Shown here piece after piece: positions 45,068-54,582 of a stretch of DNA of 64,000 nucleotides (positions are counted from its first letter, which is position 1; every line of letters begins with the position of its first letter). This DNA is from Nitrospirota bacterium (lineage in GTDB: Bacteria; Nitrospirota; Thermodesulfovibrionia; Thermodesulfovibrionales; Dissulfurispiraceae). The notes beneath the pieces were generated by a model that ran no database searches, was not told the origin of the DNA, and was given only the letters and a program-made list of their open reading frames with translations. The stretch covers positions 768,001 through 832,000 of the forward strand of contig CAVPZX010000002.1 of assembly GCA_963710375.1 (NCBI GenBank), given 5' to 3'. A program made the position numbers and the translations under genes.

Positions 45068-45595
45068 TTATCGTTCATATTTCCGGAGCAAACTCATCCT
45101 GACAAATACCTTGTCGCCCTTCCTCCAATAATGGATGTCAACAATATCAGGGGCTGCTAATGTAAAGGTCAGGTAAAGAGGCCGGATCTCATACCCGATT
45201 ACCCTGCCGGTGCCGTCAACAATCCTGGCTGTCTGTGCCCTCGTAAAATCCGGATTCCGGCTGATGAAGCTGTATGCCACGGCAAGCGCCTCTTTTGCAG
45301 GCAGACGTTTTATAATCCTGTAATCGTATTCCGGGGTATAGGGTTCGATTGTATAGGGGCTATCTTCATCGGCGAGAATGGCCACAGTTTCCAGGGCCCT
45401 CGCGTAAATGCCGCCGTACAGTATGAGAGAATAGGTTCCCGTAATTTCTTTTTCAGAGGCATCTTCTGTCCGGATCTCATGCTTGAGCGAGAATCCGCAG
45501 GCGGTGACCACAAAGGAAAAGAATAATAACAGAACTGCCGACGACAAGTGTTTCAACTGTATCCTCATTCTAAAAACATACAACCCTTCTTTCAT
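45068..45595 (-). CDS. Hypothetical lipoprotein, paralogue A
   Basis: Lipobox VVTAC; shares EIRTEDASEKEITGTYSLILYGGIYA and VIGYE.RPLY with paralogue B. Start may be 45568. Confidence 0.8.
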   Translation of the reverse strand: MKEGLYVFRMRIQLKHLSSAVLLLFFSFVVTACGFSLKHEIRTEDASEKEITGTYSLILYGGIYARALETVAILADEDSPYTIEPYTPEYDYRIIKRLPAKEALAVAYSFISRNPDFTRAQTARIVDGTGRVIGYEIRPLYLTFTLAAPDIVDIHYWRKGDKVFVRMSLLRKYER

Positions 45596-45621
45596 ATATC
45601 AATAACCTCTGACCCGCTGCC

Positions 45622-46236
45622 CTATTTTTCGTAAGACTCGAAGACCTTGCCAACCATCTTGGCCGATGGCTTCAGCGTCTTGTCACCTTCATCCTGCCAC
45701 TTAGCAGGGCATGCTTCGTCCCCAAACTTCGAGAGGTGGCTGTTAGCCTTGACCTTCCTTAAAAGCTCGACCATATTTCTTCCCATATTGTAGAAGTTGA
45801 CCTCGGCATTCAAAAGAATACCCTCGGGACTGATGATAAAGGTACCCCTCAGATCAAGTCCGGTCTCGTTGTTGTAGACGCCGAACATTTTAGATACAAC
45901 TCCACTGCGGTCGGCGCCCATTGGATATTTGGCATCTTTCAGCATTGTCTCCTCGCGCTGCCAGGCGAGATGGACAAATTTTGTGTCAGTGCTCACAGTT
46001 ATGACCTCGGCCCCAAGCTCCTTAAACTGATCGTACAACTCCGCAAGTGCGGCGAATTCGGTGGCGCATACAAAGGTAAAGTCAGCAGGATAAAACACAA
46101 GAACAGTCCATTGCTTGTTAGCCTTTAACATTTCGAGGCTGACTTCACCAAAATCGCCCTTTGTCGGTTCGTAGGTTTCGAGTTTGAAATCCGGTACCGT
46201 CTGCCCCACCCTTAATCCGCAACATATTTCACTCAT
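45622..46236 (-). CDS. ahpC: 2-Cys peroxiredoxin (AhpC/Prx1)
   Basis: FYPADFTFVCATE, LRGTFII and resolving-Cys motif EACPAKW. Confidence 0.88.
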   Translation of the reverse strand: MSEICCGLRVGQTVPDFKLETYEPTKGDFGEVSLEMLKANKQWTVLVFYPADFTFVCATEFAALAELYDQFKELGAEVITVSTDTKFVHLAWQREETMLKDAKYPMGADRSGVVSKMFGVYNNETGLDLRGTFIISPEGILLNAEVNFYNMGRNMVELLRKVKANSHLSKFGDEACPAKWQDEGDKTLKPSAKMVGKVFESYEK

Positions 46237-46481
46237 AAGAACCTCCTGTAAAAAAATTATGCTCTTTATAGTAAAGCATATTATTTTTTTGCCCGTTCTG
46301 CAACTAAGTACTTCAGTTCATAAATACGGTGTCGCACCGAGAGGGTCGATGCGCCGTGCCGGCGAGGCGCACGACTGGTTGCGTACTGCGCGGGGATTGG
46401 TTTTGTCACCTGTTTTTTGTGTATAATTAAAGTTGGTGAAAAAGGCCTCAGTTTTGGAAATTAAATAGTTAGCAAGAGCCG

Positions 46482-48302
46482 GTGGAAATCAAAAACAAAT
46501 TCGACCCAACTACATCAACCGAAAGACTGCTTGACCTAATACGCGGCAAGAGTGATGGGACCGAAATTCATCAGGCCCAACAGCCCGTGAGACCCATAGT
46601 TATAAAGACAAGCAAATTAGTACGGCCGAAGTCAAAAACAAATTCTCAGTCGGTGACTGTGGGCATTGACATCGGATATGAAAATTTAAATCTGGTTAAG
46701 GCAGCTGGGTCTGCGCAAACATGGAAGATTTTAGAGTGCAAGAGCATCCCCATCCCTTCGGATATTGAAAAAGGATCAGACGCATTCAATGCTTTTTTGA
46801 AGTCAGCAGTGGTCCCTTTTTGCAGCGGTGCGAATAGGATCGAAACATGGGCCATCATGTCTTCTGCAGAGGTTGAGGTACGACTCATTCGCATTCCAAA
46901 GGTCCCTGCAAAAAATATCGAAGCAACCGTTTTCTGGACTCTTAAAAAAGAGGTGGCCATTAACGATACAGAATCTTTCCTGGACTATGAGGTGCGGGGA
47001 CAAATAAACGAATCCGGCATTGAAAAACTTAATGTCATGTGTTATGTGGCTCCCCTTGCAGCCATAGAAGAAACAAGGAAACTCTTCTCAAAAATCGGAG
47101 TGCAGCTGGCCGGCGTATCAATCATTTCGTTTGCAGTTCAGAATATCTTTTTGAATAACGTTATGCCCCTGCCTGAAAAACAGACCGCATGTCTGTTTAT
47201 CGGCAACAACTATTCCCGCATCGATCTGTACACCGACAGGAAACTGACAATGACGCGCGATATCATGACAGGTATTACCAGTATAGTTGAGACGCTGATA
47301 GAGGACATAAACAGCCTGACAAGCGAAGGCGGGAAGCATTCCCATGAGGAAGCCAGACAGATCCTTTTCGCCTTTACGCAGAGCAGCACCACTCCTCTTG
47401 TTCTCGCTGACGGCCTCTCTGTGGAAAGGGAAAAGGTTGACAGCATTGTCTCTCCTGTTCAGGAAAGGATAGTGCGTCAAATAGAGAGGACCTTCGAGCA
47501 TTTCACTTCGACCCTCGGATATGACAGGGTTGAAAAAATATATATTTCGAGTGTAATGCCTGTATCCAAAGCTATGGTCGATTATTGCGGCGCTCAACTT
47601 GGCATCGAGTGCGAAGTGTTTGACCCGCTTGAGCAGGTGCTGCAGACAAGCAGCTTTGAGAAACGGAATTCATTTATTCCTGCATTAGGCATTGCCCTGT
47701 CGGACAATGCTTATACTCCCAATTTCCTCCATTCCTTCAAGGACAAAAAAAAGGCCGAATATGTCGTGAAGTTTAACAAGGCTATTCTGATATGTTTAAT
47801 CGTTTCGCTGCTTGCATGTTCGGCCATTTTTGCATACGAATGGCTAGATATCGGCAACAAAAAGGCGGAATTGGCCCGGCTTGAGCAACAACTGCAAAAG
47901 AACTCTCCGCTCGTGAGTAAAGAAACATTCCTCCAGATAGCAGCTGCTGCAAAGCACAAACAGCAAAACTATGTCGAACTTAGCCATAGATACGTGGGAA
48001 TGGCCCTTATCGGAGAACTATCGTCCCTTACTCCGGAGTCCGTGAGCCTCACCAGTTTAAGGGCCGACTTTGCGGAAAAGCCAAAGGGAAACACATTAAA
48101 ATCTGAACACACCTCAGTAGTAGAGGGGATTATCAATGGCAATGAGAATATGCTCCAGACTCTGCTCGCCTCTTACGTGATGAAACTAAGATCCTCGCCG
48201 ATGTTTTCCGAAGTGAATGTTTCATCGAGCAAGATAGAAACATCAAAGCAGGGGTCTTCTCTCACTTTTGTGCTCAATCTTAAATTGGGGCCTAACAAAT
48301 GA
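46482..48302 (+). CDS. Fused PilM(actin-like)-PilN type IV pilus alignment protein
   Basis: VGIDIG, a PilM-like body, ALGIAL..PNFL, a TM segment, then a PilN-like domain ending LRSSPMFSEV. Confidence 0.8.
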   Translation: MEIKNKFDPTTSTERLLDLIRGKSDGTEIHQAQQPVRPIVIKTSKLVRPKSKTNSQSVTVGIDIGYENLNLVKAAGSAQTWKILECKSIPIPSDIEKGSDAFNAFLKSAVVPFCSGANRIETWAIMSSAEVEVRLIRIPKVPAKNIEATVFWTLKKEVAINDTESFLDYEVRGQINESGIEKLNVMCYVAPLAAIEETRKLFSKIGVQLAGVSIISFAVQNIFLNNVMPLPEKQTACLFIGNNYSRIDLYTDRKLTMTRDIMTGITSIVETLIEDINSLTSEGGKHSHEEARQILFAFTQSSTTPLVLADGLSVEREKVDSIVSPVQERIVRQIERTFEHFTSTLGYDRVEKIYISSVMPVSKAMVDYCGAQLGIECEVFDPLEQVLQTSSFEKRNSFIPALGIALSDNAYTPNFLHSFKDKKKAEYVVKFNKAILICLIVSLLACSAIFAYEWLDIGNKKAELARLEQQLQKNSPLVSKETFLQIAAAAKHKQQNYVELSHRYVGMALIGELSSLTPESVSLTSLRADFAEKPKGNTLKSEHTSVVEGIINGNENMLQTLLASYVMKLRSSPMFSEVNVSSSKIETSKQGSSLTFVLNLKLGPNK

Positions 48303-48841
48303 AAAAAATCAGCGATATTATCTCTGTTCCAAGGGAGTGCGTGTCGAACCTGCTCTCAAGCCTCGCGACTGTTATCGTGTTCCTCTGCGTGGCTATTATT
48401 CCCGCCTACCTGTCCAGAGTAGCCGTTGAGCAAAAGATAACCAATGCAAAATATCGGCTTGATCAACATCAAACCCTGCTGCCGCTTTATGAGTCTCTTA
48501 AAAAAGCGCCCAGGGCTGACTTCCCGGCCCTTGCCGCACCAGTAAAAACCGCGCTTAAGAAGGCTGATGTCGGCAACGCCTTGTCAGCGGTGCGGGATAT
48601 TGCAGGCAAGTCCTCCATGACAGTTAATTACATTAACCCTGATCTAAGCGAAGCCTCCTCTCATACTCAGTCTCTTGCTGTGGATGTATCGCTCAAGGGG
48701 AGTTTTGAAAACTTTAGAACCATGCTGGCGGATATAGGCGCGCTGCCGTATGTGGAAAGTCTCGAAAACCTTTCAATACAGCGGGAGCCGAATGGACAGG
48801 CACTTGATATCAAAATGAAAATAATAGTGGCATTGAGTTGA
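48299..48841 (+). CDS. PilO-like alignment protein
   Basis: N-terminal TM, then VSLKGSFENFRTMLADIGALP; operon context. Confidence 0.7.
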   Translation: MKKISDIISVPRECVSNLLSSLATVIVFLCVAIIPAYLSRVAVEQKITNAKYRLDQHQTLLPLYESLKKAPRADFPALAAPVKTALKKADVGNALSAVRDIAGKSSMTVNYINPDLSEASSHTQSLAVDVSLKGSFENFRTMLADIGALPYVESLENLSIQREPNGQALDIKMKIIVALS

Positions 48842-49347
48842 AAACATTTATTGATGCCAAGAAAAGACAGGGCATTATTTTAGGTGTCATGGTACTCGTC
48901 ATTATATATGGCTTTTACAGTCTGATAATGGCTTCGAGGGTAAAGCTGGCAGCGCCCAATTCGAATATGAGGGCAGCGGAACTCCAGTCATTTGTCACGC
49001 AGACCACTGCAACTATCGGCAGCGAGATGCCCTCTGCTTATGATATCTACGTTGCAAGCCGGGCCGGGAGCCCATGGGAAAGCAATCCTTTTTATCGGAA
49101 AGGCTGGGCTGAAAACAGCGGGCATAGCCGGTCAAAGGACAACACCTCCCTGCAATCTCTTTTCGTATATTCCGGCTATATAGAAACAGGCACTCGTAAG
49201 GTGGCCGTAATCAACGATACCGAATACATGGCCGGCGATCCCCTGGTGGATAAGAAGGGATTTTTTGTGAAAAAAATTTCACCTTCCAGTGTACTGATAG
49301 AGAACAGAAAAGAGAAAACAGAGTTCACGGTTCCATTATCTGAATAA
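48838..49347 (+). CDS. PilP/MshK-like protein
   Basis: TM, WESNPF and YSGYIE..RKVAVIND..Y..GD motifs; operon context. Confidence 0.6.
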   Translation: MKTFIDAKKRQGIILGVMVLVIIYGFYSLIMASRVKLAAPNSNMRAAELQSFVTQTTATIGSEMPSAYDIYVASRAGSPWESNPFYRKGWAENSGHSRSKDNTSLQSLFVYSGYIETGTRKVAVINDTEYMAGDPLVDKKGFFVKKISPSSVLIENRKEKTEFTVPLSE

Positions 49348-49477
49348 GAAGAAAGAGAATACTCAGAGTAAAAACAAACTGGCCCACTACCGCTAAGTTA
49401 CCTCCCTATCGCTCGATCTGGGATTAGAGTAGATAAGCTATAAAACCCTGCTGACAAAAAATAAAGATTATAATTTG

Positions 49478-49590
49478 TGGCATTTTTCCATAGATATTGG
49501 AATTAATTCATATGCACATTGGATGATATTCCTCAAAACCTCAATAAATCAAAAAGATAATACGTTGTGCCACCTGGCACAGCCTTTGCT
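49478..49590 (+). promoter_or_regulatory. Sigma54 promoter cassette, copy 2 (upstream of secretin)
   Basis: UAS pair at 49478-49490 and 49498-49510; AATCAAAAAGATA at 49547-49559; TGGCACAGCCTTTGCT at 49575-49590. Confidence 0.85.
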
Positions 49591-49685
49591 ACACAATTGA
49601 CCCAAAGGGGATAAGAAATGCAACTACGGATATATGCGCCTCTAAGCAAGAAAAAGGGGAATAAAATGATAATAGGCGGCGGGTC

Positions 49686-51476
49686 ATGAGTCATGGGTCA
49701 TGGATTGTCGATAAAAATAAATCTATAGCCCTTAGCCTGTTGCCTATTGCCTATAGCGCTTCCTCTGCCGTCTCACGTAGAAGAGCATGCCTAAAGGCAG
49801 CTACTTCCGGTACTTTTGGGGCTGTGGTTAAAATTTGTGTTTTGATCCTTTTCCTGGCGCTGGCTGGTGGATGTGCAGGCAGTAAGCAGGAAGCTAAAGC
49901 TCCTTTTCAGGATAAGGAGGTAAACTGGGAAAAACTTGCGGAAATATCAAAAGGTCATTCACCTTCTCCGATTAAGAAAACCATTGATATTCATGATTAC
50001 CAGCAACAAATTGAGAAGGAAAGTTCTGGGGTCAAGGAAAAACCGCTGCCTTCCAAAAAGGTAAGCCTGAAAATGCGGAATGCTGATCTCAAATCCATAT
50101 TACGCGCTTTGGCCCGGGCAACGGACATTAATCTTTTTGTGAAGGATGACATCAAAGTGATGACGAGTGTTGATTTTGAGGCAGTGCCGTGGGACGAGGT
50201 GTTCAACAGCCTGCTGAAAGCTTATAGCCTGACCTATGTTTGGGAGGGTGATATCCTCCGCGTCTTATCTAATGATGATCTGGAGCAGCAGCTTAAGGCG
50301 GAAACAACCAGGGGAAAGCTCGAAACCCAGGAATTGCAGGACATGGCTTTGAGGCCGCTCTCCACCGTAGTAGTCCCGATAGACTACGCTGATACGAAAT
50401 CTCTAAGGGACGACCTGCAGGAGTTTCTGACAAAAGATAAGGACACAAAGGTAGCTCGCGGTACTGTCCGGGTGGACCAGCACAGCAACTCACTTATCAT
50501 ACAGGCATCGCACGAGGACATAGAGAAAATGCTGCCTGTAATAGAGAAAATAGACAAGCCGACGCCTCAAATACTTATCCGTGCCAATATTGTAGAGACT
50601 ACAAAGGATGTGGCGAGAAACCTCGGCATCCAGTGGGGCGGCATCATGAAGGCCGGCAATCTTTGGTTGACGCCTGGAGGAGGAACATCCTCTACTACCG
50701 GCACTTCAAGTACATCAAGCTCTTCCACCGGCCCTGCAAATCCTGTTACCACAGGCACCTCTGCTGTCACCAGCGGAGGCTATTCTCCCACCTCAGGGTC
50801 AACCGGGCTGAGCGGGCAGGGCATGGGCGTAAGTTTCCCTGTTTCATCAACTGCCATCAACGCTGCAGGCGGTGTTGGAGCACTCGGACTTATGTGGGGG
50901 ACTATAGGCGGCACCATTCTTGAGACCCAGCTGCAGGCCCTTCAAACTGAAGGAAAAGCCAACATAATATCGAGCCCATCCCTGACAACAGTTGACAACG
51001 AGAAGGCATTTACCGAAAGCGGCACGACAGTGCCCTATGTAACATATACGTTATCAGGCGGAAGTTCTACCCCGACCGTAAACTTTGTTGATGCTGTTCT
51101 CAGGCTTGAGATAACCCCGCACGTTATTGGCGGCAAGAATCTTAAAATGATTATTGTTGTGAAAAAGAATGATGTAGACACCTCACAAACAGTACAGGGG
51201 AACCCTTTCATAATCAAAAAACAGACCGAAACAACGCTGATTGTGGAGAATGGCGAGACTATTGTCATAGCAGGACTGACCAGTCTAAATCATACCCATA
51301 ATACGAATGGAGTGCCATTGCTTCAGGACGTTCCAGTGCTGGGAAATCTTTTCAAGGGAGACTCAAAGGAAGATTCCTCGGACCAAGTTCTCATATTCAT
51401 TACCCCTTACATTTTACCGAGATCCGGCGACTTGGCCGAAGCGAGTAATGATGGTCATGCAACGCCGAAGGAATAA
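49686..51476 (+). CDS. pilQ: Type IV pilus secretin (PilQ/MshL-like), probable lipoprotein
   Basis: LALAGGC lipobox; VPWDEVF, IDKPTPQILIRANIVE and GVPLLQDVPVLGNLF motifs. Start is uncertain. Confidence 0.88.
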   Translation: MSHGSWIVDKNKSIALSLLPIAYSASSAVSRRRACLKAATSGTFGAVVKICVLILFLALAGGCAGSKQEAKAPFQDKEVNWEKLAEISKGHSPSPIKKTIDIHDYQQQIEKESSGVKEKPLPSKKVSLKMRNADLKSILRALARATDINLFVKDDIKVMTSVDFEAVPWDEVFNSLLKAYSLTYVWEGDILRVLSNDDLEQQLKAETTRGKLETQELQDMALRPLSTVVVPIDYADTKSLRDDLQEFLTKDKDTKVARGTVRVDQHSNSLIIQASHEDIEKMLPVIEKIDKPTPQILIRANIVETTKDVARNLGIQWGGIMKAGNLWLTPGGGTSSTTGTSSTSSSSTGPANPVTTGTSAVTSGGYSPTSGSTGLSGQGMGVSFPVSSTAINAAGGVGALGLMWGTIGGTILETQLQALQTEGKANIISSPSLTTVDNEKAFTESGTTVPYVTYTLSGGSSTPTVNFVDAVLRLEITPHVIGGKNLKMIIVVKKNDVDTSQTVQGNPFIIKKQTETTLIVENGETIVIAGLTSLNHTHNTNGVPLLQDVPVLGNLFKGDSKEDSSDQVLIFITPYILPRSGDLAEASNDGHATPKE

Positions 51477-52689
51477 GTGATCATGGACTATTTCAGGATT
51501 CTGAATCTTAAAAGGGAACCTTTTTCCAATACCCCTGACCCCGAACTGTTTTATCCGTCACGCAATCACGTGGAATGTTTGCAGAGGATCGAAATGGCCA
51601 TTCGTCTCAAGCGGGGGTTGAACGTAGTAATCGCAGAGGTCGGAACAGGAAAAACGACTTTGTGCAGGCAGACTCATCCAGCAGATTTCTACAGCAGAGG
51701 GAAATGAATTGATAGATCTGCACCTCATACTGGATCCATCCTTCTCCAGTTCCAGTGAATTCCTTTCAGTTATAGCAGGGTGTTTTGGCCTGATCCCGCA
51801 CGGCGAAAACATCATTGACCGGAGCGATTGGCAACTGAAGGAATCGATCAAGAATTACCTTTTATCAAAGGGAGTGGAAGAGGGGAAAATAGTGGCACTT
51901 CTGATAGATGAGGGCCAAAAACTACCGGATTTTTGCCTTGAAATATTGCGCGAGTTTCTTAATTGTGAAACCAATGACAGCAAACTCCTCCAGATAGTGA
52001 TTTTCGCCCAAAATGAATTCAAGGAACAAATTAACGCGCAGGCCAATTTTGCAGATCGGATCAATTTGTGTTATTCCCTGACTCCGTTCGGTTTCAGGGA
52101 AACCTGCAGAATGATAAAGTACCGCATCAACGAAACGAGCGTGAATGGCGCAGGCCGGGTGCTGTTTACTTTGCCGGGACTGTTTGCCGTTTACAGGGTT
52201 ACGGCAGGCTACCCCCGCTCCATCAATATGCTTTGTCATCATGTAATGCTCGCGCTAATAATTCAGAACCGTGTCAAGGCTGGGTGGTCCCTGGTACGCT
52301 CCTGCGCCGGCAGGCTCGCCATCAAACGGCGGAGGCCGGTCAATCTGCGGTTGGCGTTCATGGTCACAATACTAATGGTGTCGTTCTCATTTCTCGCATT
52401 TGCCTATTATGAACCTTTATTGAAAACAGCCTCATCGATAACAGGACTTTTTCAGGCAGTGGCTGAGGACCAGCTCGCCGTCAACTCAAGGCCGCAACCA
52501 GATCCCTCTGAATCAGGCGAAAGAAAAAACGCACCGTCCGTTCCCTGGCAATGGTTCATGGAAAAAGGCCGGCCCCCGGCGATAAAATCAGTTTTCCAGA
52601 CAGTGCCGGAGCAACCGCTCGCCGTCAACTCAAGGCCGCAACCAGATCCCTCTGAATCAGGAGATAAGAATGCGGAGGACAGACTGTGA
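51477..52689 (+). CDS. ExeA/MshM-like AAA ATPase, +1 frameshift at ~51672
   Basis: REPFSNTPDPELFY, Walker A EVGTGKTT, Walker B LIDEGQ, GYPRSINMLC and a C-terminal TM; span is 1213 = 3n+1. Confidence 0.85.
52473..52661 (+). repeat. Exact 45-bp direct repeat, two copies 144 bp apart
   Basis: gctcgccgtcaactcaaggccgcaaccagatccctctgaatcagg at 52473-52517 and 52617-52661 (encodes LAVNSRPQPDPSESG). Confidence 0.9.
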
Positions 52690-54389
52690 TTACCAAGCAA
52701 CGATTGGGAGAAATGCTGGTCGAGTCCGATCTTCTGACCGAGAATCAGCTTGAAAAAGCATTGGCCGGTCAAAAAAAGGAAGGGGTCAAGCTCGGACAGT
52801 ATCTTATAAGGCAGTCCATTGTTTCGGAAATGCAGATCGGCGACCTGCTCTGCAGACAACTGAAGATAGGCAAGTACCATCCGGACCAATTTCCGATAGA
52901 TATGGGTCTTTCCGGCGTTATTCCCTTTGAGCTGGCCCAGAAATATCAGGTTGCCCCTCTGCTGAAAAGGGGTCGCCTCCTCACAATAGCAATGGTTGAC
53001 CCCCTTGACATCACCGCGATGGACTCTATCGAGGCAAGCTCAAACTGCGAGGTGGAGCCGGTCGTCTGCACAGAAACAGAGCTGACGAACCTGCACAGGA
53101 GCATATACTCTGCACAAACTGGGCTGGAAGGCGTTGTGGAAGGCATCGAAGGTGAAGATTTTGCCTTTGAAAGGGCGGTAGACCAGCCTGAGGATATTCA
53201 GGTCGAAGCGGCACAGAATATGGCGCTAAATACTCCTGTCGTTATACGACTGGTGAACTCCATTTTTGCCAGTGCTGTTCAGGAGCGGGCCAGTGATATT
53301 CATATAAGCCCTCAGCAGAACGGAGTGCAGGTCAGATTCAGGATCGATGGGCGGCTCCACAGCATGCCGGCTCCACCCAAGTCGATGTTTCCAGCAGTGG
53401 TGGCCCGCATCAAGATTCTGTCTGATATGGATATAACACAATCGAGAATCCCTTTGGACGGGCGCTTCTCGCTGAAGCTGGGCAGCAGGCTGATCAACGT
53501 GCGTGTTTCTACTGTTCCCACTATTTACGGTGAGAACCTTGTCATGAGACTTCTGGATACCAGTTCCGGTATTTTCACCCTCGACCGTCTCGGAATGTCG
53601 GCTACTGACGTGGCAAGGATAAAGAGTATTATTCATAAACCATACGGAATGATCCTGAGCACCGGCCCCACCGGCAGCGGGAAGACCTCCAGTTTATACG
53701 CCATTCTGCAGGAGATCAACGAGCCGCATGCGCACATCATCACTCTCGAAGATCCCGTGGAGTACAAGATCGATACAATCCGCCAGATCCAATTGAATAT
53801 AAAAGCCGGCATGACCTTTGCGGGGGGTCTCAGGGCGATCCTTCGCCAGGACCCGGATGTCATCATGGTCGGGGAGATCCGCGATTCAGAGACAGCCTCC
53901 ATTGCGGTCAGGGCAGCACAGACAGGACACCGGCTGCTGAGCACCTTGCACACCAATGATGCTGCCGGGGCCATTTCCAGGCTCATTGATATGGGCATAG
54001 AGCCGTTCCTTGTCTCGTCGGTCCTATTGGTATCATTTGCCCAGAGACTTGTCCGAACCATCTGCCCTTACTGTAAGGAGGAATATACTCCTCCGATGAA
54101 GGTCCTCACTTCCTGGGGTCTCGATCGGGTGAAAGACGCGGTCTTTATGCATGGAAGGGGGTGCCAGCAGTGCCTTAATACAGGATACAAAGGAAGGACA
54201 GCCATTTTCGAGGTCCTCGTGAACAATGATAATATACAGGACATGATCCTGAAAAAAGCATCCGCGCATGAGATAGCCCACGAGGCTGTCTCCTCCGGCA
54301 TGATGACAACTCTTAAACAAAACGCTGCAGACAAAGTCGCCAGGGGCATTACCACGCTTGAAGAAGCGCAAGCAGTGGTGATGGCTTAA
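52686..54389 (+). CDS. pilB: Pilus assembly ATPase PilB/MshE with an N-terminal MshEN-like motif
   Basis: RLGEMLV...KLGQYLI N-terminus; ASDIHI, TGPTGSGKT, LRQDPDVIMVGEIRD and a tetra-Cys motif. Confidence 0.92.
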   Translation: MITKQRLGEMLVESDLLTENQLEKALAGQKKEGVKLGQYLIRQSIVSEMQIGDLLCRQLKIGKYHPDQFPIDMGLSGVIPFELAQKYQVAPLLKRGRLLTIAMVDPLDITAMDSIEASSNCEVEPVVCTETELTNLHRSIYSAQTGLEGVVEGIEGEDFAFERAVDQPEDIQVEAAQNMALNTPVVIRLVNSIFASAVQERASDIHISPQQNGVQVRFRIDGRLHSMPAPPKSMFPAVVARIKILSDMDITQSRIPLDGRFSLKLGSRLINVRVSTVPTIYGENLVMRLLDTSSGIFTLDRLGMSATDVARIKSIIHKPYGMILSTGPTGSGKTSSLYAILQEINEPHAHIITLEDPVEYKIDTIRQIQLNIKAGMTFAGGLRAILRQDPDVIMVGEIRDSETASIAVRAAQTGHRLLSTLHTNDAAGAISRLIDMGIEPFLVSSVLLVSFAQRLVRTICPYCKEEYTPPMKVLTSWGLDRVKDAVFMHGRGCQQCLNTGYKGRTAIFEVLVNNDNIQDMILKKASAHEIAHEAVSSGMMTTLKQNAADKVARGITTLEEAQAVVMA

Positions 54390-54457
54390 GACGCGTTATA
54401 GTGTTGTATCAAAAAGTGCTATACTGCCTTTTTTTGTTCGGTCATTAATTGCAAATA

Positions 54458-54571
54458 TGTAATTTTTCCATAGACATTGGAATTAATCCATTTCCACGCT
54501 GTATCACGTTCCTCGGAAATCCCAATAAACCAAAAAGATAATATATTGTCTTGCCTGGCATAATCCTTGCT
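54458..54571 (+). promoter_or_regulatory. Sigma54 promoter cassette, copy 3 (upstream of pilC)
   Basis: UAS pair at 54458-54470 and 54478-54490; AACCAAAAAGATA at 54528-54540; TGGCATAATCCTTGCT at 54556-54571. Confidence 0.85.
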
Positions 54572-54582
54572 GAATCATTATT

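Noticed and set aside
46250..46303. Imperfect inverted repeat over the ahpC promoter as a PerR/Fur/Rrf2 box
   Set aside because: AT-rich, imperfect and not matched to a consensus; too weak to call.
52473..52661. Direct repeats as a CRISPR mini-array
   Set aside because: Only two copies, a 99-bp spacer, in frame within a CDS, and no cas genes.
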